Shown here in pieces: positions 59,770 through 64,000 of a stretch of DNA of 64,000 nt (position 1 is the stretch's first letter; each line of letters starts with the position of its first letter). The notes under the pieces are model-generated. The model made no database searches and was not told where the DNA came from. It was given only the letters and a program-made list of their open reading frames with translations. The stretch is taken from contig NW_021835990.1 in NCBI RefSeq assembly GCF_006345805.1, forward strand, positions 186,001 to 250,000. The letters are read 5' to 3'. The stretch is from Octopus sinensis. Its lineage: Eukaryota. The position numbers and the translations under genes are program-made.

Positions 59770-62700
59770 AAGAATACTAATAAAATTTTAATATAGAGAG
59801 TTTGGGGGGAAGAAAGAATGGAATAAATCTTTTAAAAATAGTCTGGAGTATCTTGAAAAAAACTTGTTTTGTTTCTATCCGTTATTGGTGGCTATTCGGA
59901 ATTTCTACTACGACACATTGCTGACAACTACGTTTCTGGATATCGAAATTGCAATGTGAGCAATATCAAAGAATTATTCAATAATAGGAATGAAAAACCT
60001 TACGAATATGATCTATTTCACAAAACAGTAGAATTTGCATGTGACAAGCGTTGTACAAATATCATGCAAAATTGGTTCAGTCAGCTCATCAGAATGGTCA
60101 CTGTCGACTACTCAGAATCACTTTAAAAAGTGAGGAATCAGCGAAAGATTCATAGCTGCATCGACTCCCTTATGTCAATTCAAGTAAGATAGGACGTAAA
60201 ATTCAGATACGAGACCTACTGATTCGGTCTCTAGATGAGTGGGTGAACTTTTTGGTCTCTGATGAAATCTCACCAGTCTTCCGCATGCAGTTGGTTTTCG
60301 ACAACAATGTGATGCAGACATATCCTTCATACAAAAATTTTGAAAAAATTCTTTACTACCCTATAGAAAAAGTAAATCTGTGTTATTTTCACTTAAAGAT
60401 TAAAACTTGCCTACAAACAGTTCCGACGTTATACTCTTGGATAAAGAACGACGAGAAATATCTCAACACAAGAGTATTCGTTTTGTGGTCGATTAATAGG
60501 TCGACGAAGAGTTTGTAAAAACTGTGTTTAACAGATCACTTCCTTTGCCATCTATTTTTATGGGCAAGTTATGCAGTTTATTGAATACTACGGTTTTGGG
60601 AATGTAGATTTAATCTTTCTAGGGGAGGTTTATGGAAGCATTGCAGATGGTAGTAGGATCAACGAGTTTACGGAATATCTTAAACAAGATCACATGTTTG
60701 ATGACTATTGCCAAGTAATATTTGTTCCATATACATAGCATATTGATTACTTTCGTGGAATCGCTAAGAAAATAATGAGTCTGCCTCGGTATGAATATGT
60801 GAAATGTACAGTGCTCGTCAAAAAAAATTGCTCAGCCATTTTTTCATGCTTTTATTGACAAATTAATAAAAAATTTAATCTTACGTTTCATTTTTTATTC
60901 TAATTCTCTAGTATATTAATTTATTTATGCGATTTTATTTCAATATAAGGAATTTAAAGCATAAAAATTTAAATCTCGTGACAAAAAACATTGCTCACTT
61001 TTCTTGTTATTGCATATGCCACGTTCTCCCAAGAAACAGTTAACTGAATTTAAAAAAGGCATGATTATTGCGTACTTTAAATAGGGTAAATCAATCAGAG
61101 AAATCTCAAAAATACTTAATTTGCCGTATTCCACAATTTCATTTAATATTCGAAAATTTCGAGAATTTGGAACACTGCATCGGAGACCAGGCTCAGGACG
61201 TCTTCCGAAACTAAGTTCCCCCCAAATACAATTTTTATGTAATGAAACCGAATCACATCCTACATTGTTGACAGTGGATTTGTCCAACAAAACTAAAGAA
61301 ACTTTCAATATTGATGTTTCCCCTAGGACAATTCTGAGAACTTTGAATAAAAATGGGGTATATTGTCGTGTAGCAAAAAGAAAGCCATTGCTTTCTCAAA
61401 AAATATTATTTCGAGATGGTCTGCGTCACTACGATTTTTATCGATATCTGATAGTACATGGAAATCGGTGATATTCTCAGATGAGTCAATGTTCGATGTT
61501 TTTAACAACAGAAAACATCAGGTTGTTCACAGAAAAAATAAAACGGAGTTAAAAAATGCACATTTGCTGCCGACTGTTAAGTTCGGAGTAGAGAGAGTTA
61601 TGATTTGGGGTTGTATATCGTATAGTGGTGTAGGCAATTTGGTTTTTATCGAAGAAACTATGAACTCTGGATATTATATAAAATTACTGTCTAATAATCT
61701 GGACCAATCAGCTGGAAAAATGGGCTTATCCTCGTTTATTTTTCAACAGGATAATGCTCCATGCCATACATCTCGTATGGTTAAGGCATATTTCGAAACC
61801 AAAAAATATATTATTCTTGATTGGCCATCGCAATCACCGGATCTTAATCCAATAGAGCATGTATGGTGCTTTATGAAAAGAGAATTAGCTAAAAATCCCC
61901 CGAAAAGTAAAGAGGATCTAAAGACAAATATTATGAAAATTTGGCAGTCAATTCCTAAAAGTTTTTACAAAACTTAGTAAATTCAATGAGAAAAAGGAGT
62001 TATTCTTTATATTTAGCAAGGGGAGGACATATTAATTACTGATAATGAGATTTCCAAATTTGTGCTAATGTTTTTTGTCTTGAAATTTTTTGTTTTTGTT
62101 TAAATTTGTAAATGAAAAAGAAAAATTTTATTATAAAAATTAAGGTATAATAATAAAATACTACTTAAAGATGTTTACAAAAAAAATAAATCAGAATAAT
62201 GCTATATAAAGACATAAACATTGGTGAGCAATTTTTTTTGACGACCACTGTATATGTATCGACTGCGAAGAACTTAAAAGTAGTTTGGCGGAAGAAGCCC
62301 ATTGAATATCTTCGATTCTTTTGGAAAAAGTAGCAACGGACAATAGAAACGAAAACTCTTTGTATTACAAAATCAATTTGAATTTAGAATTTGCCAAGAA
62401 TTCGAGGAAATATTTAACAATGCAGTGAAACAACCTGAAAACACAGAAGAACTTATAGAACTAACAAAATATATTGAAAAAGCTCGCACAGTTGGAATGG
62501 TTAGTTTGAACAAACGATTAGAGGCTGATTACTTTATTTATTTTTCGAAGGAGTCGAAAGAGCGGTTAAACTGGCTGATTGACTATTACCTTTTTACTAA
62601 AGAAGACATTGAACTTAATAATAAAACATTTTTATGGTTCAAATCAATAAACAATATTTTTGATGAAAATGAAAAGGTTATTTTCTTATATTTAGTTCAA

Positions 62701-64000
62701 GCTAATTGAGAATGTTTACGTGAGTAGACAAGAAATTCTAAACGAGCAAAAGGAGAAGACGTTGCTAAAATTAAATCAACTAAGACTACACGTCGAAGAA
62801 TTTGCTGATTTCGGGGAACAGTCGCTATTACCTCAATACCTTCAGGACATCAGACAGACAGCACCAAGTTGAACGAAGAAATGAAAATGATAGAATGGAT
62901 CAACAAGGTCATTTGATTTATTTAGATTGGTAGGAAGAAAAGTTGTTGAAGATCGCGATTACAAACTACGACGAAGCATCTGAAATATTTTCTTCGTTGG
63001 AAATATACCAAAGACTTTTCACGATTGTACAGAAATGGCAGAAAGCAGATAAAAAGTCAAAATCAATGTTTATTTCAAGGTGGATGGAACCACCAAAGAC
63101 CTCGCCAAAGCCATTGCTGTTCAATGTGTTGTGTTTAACTGTTCTGATGGACTTGATTATTTGGCAATGGGAAAGGTTTTCATTATTTAGACCTACATGT
63201 TCTCATCGTTTTTTAAAGGGTTAGCCACCACCGGGGCATGGTCTTGTTTTGACGAGTTCAATAGAATCGAGTTAGAAGTCTTATCTGTGATAGCACATCA
63301 GGTTTTAATATCTAATAAAGTACTGTTAACAGATTCTGTCAATTATCCGTGCAGTGCAAACAAAGCAAACAACGTTTAATTTCGAAGGGACAGATATCAG
63401 CCTAAATCCTCAGTGTTACATCTGCATTACAATGAATCCTGGATATGGCGGCCGGTCAGAGTTACCAGATAATCTAAAAGTTTGTTATCGATATTTAAAA
63501 CATTTAGGTTCTTTTTAGACCAGTGGCTATGATGGTCCCAGACTACGCAATGATAGGAGAAATAATGTTATATTCGTTTGGTTTCTTCAACGCCAGGGAA
63601 CTGGCTGTTAAGATTGTAAAGACATATCGACTTTGTTCTGAGCAACTTTCGTCGCAATTTCATTACGATTATGGAATGAGGGCTGTCAAAGCAGTGTTAG
63701 TTGCTGCAGGAAATCTGAAATTTGAAACTCGCATTTCCTGATCAAGATGAAAACATTATAGTTATAAAATTAATCTCACATTTAGCTCCCTCGTTCAATT
63801 ATTGATGTCAACTTGCCAAAATTTCTGTCTCATGACGTCCCTCTATTCCAGAGAATTGTTTCCGACCTTTTTCCAGGAGTACAACTCCCGAAAGCAGACT
63901 ACACACATTTGATTAGTGCAATATCCCAAGTTTCTGAGAAAAAAATTTGCAAGTAACAGAGTATTTTGTGTCCAAACTGATTCAAATGTATGAAATGATG
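59770..64000 (+). pseudogene. Axonemal inner-arm dynein heavy chain (DNAH3/7/12-like), disrupted; runs off the window end
   Basis: Tail segments (KQPENTEELIEL, WINKEE) and AAA1 ([73 protein letters not shown]). Disrupted by a Tc1 insertion in an exon, a stop near 62303 and a large deletion at ~63088. Confidence 0.9.
60809..62250 (+). mobile_element. Tc1 (DD34E) transposon, full length, inactivated transposase
   Basis: TIR CAGTGCTCGTCAAAAAAAATTGCTCA / TGAGCAATTTTTTTTGACGACCACTG, TA duplication; ORF 61016-62042 with GRLPK, FSDES, QDNAPCH, SPDLNPIE; one stop and two frameshifts. Confidence 0.95.

Overview
AT-rich eukaryotic (metazoan-type) genomic DNA. Introns are very short (20-30 nt, GT-AG) and an axonemal dynein is present, which fits a compact-genome ciliated animal such as a dicyemid (inference only). 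Most of the window is transposon-derived: Buster-type hAT, Merlin, Ginger-like integrase, pogo/Tigger, Tc1, Helitron, and CRE, R4-like, RTE and CR1 non-LTR retroelements. Host genes include SUCO-like, FTSJ1/TRM7, PIAS, Mn-type CDF, small Tim, SEH1, LMBR1, Elongin A and an axonemal dynein heavy chain; several are truncated or internally deleted. The main feature is a ~13.5 kb composite Helitron insertion (24311-37795) with an A-A-B-B layout. The two A modules each have a Helitron head plus an 85-bp satellite with a ~421-bp higher-order repeat. The two B modules are near-identical, head-to-tail TC...CTAG units, each with an intact PIF1 helicase frame but no HUH motif. The flanks of this insertion rejoin into a dispersed repeat whose uninterrupted copies lie later in the same window. 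All calls come from reading the sequence by eye, with no database searches, and the boundaries of degraded fragments are approximate.
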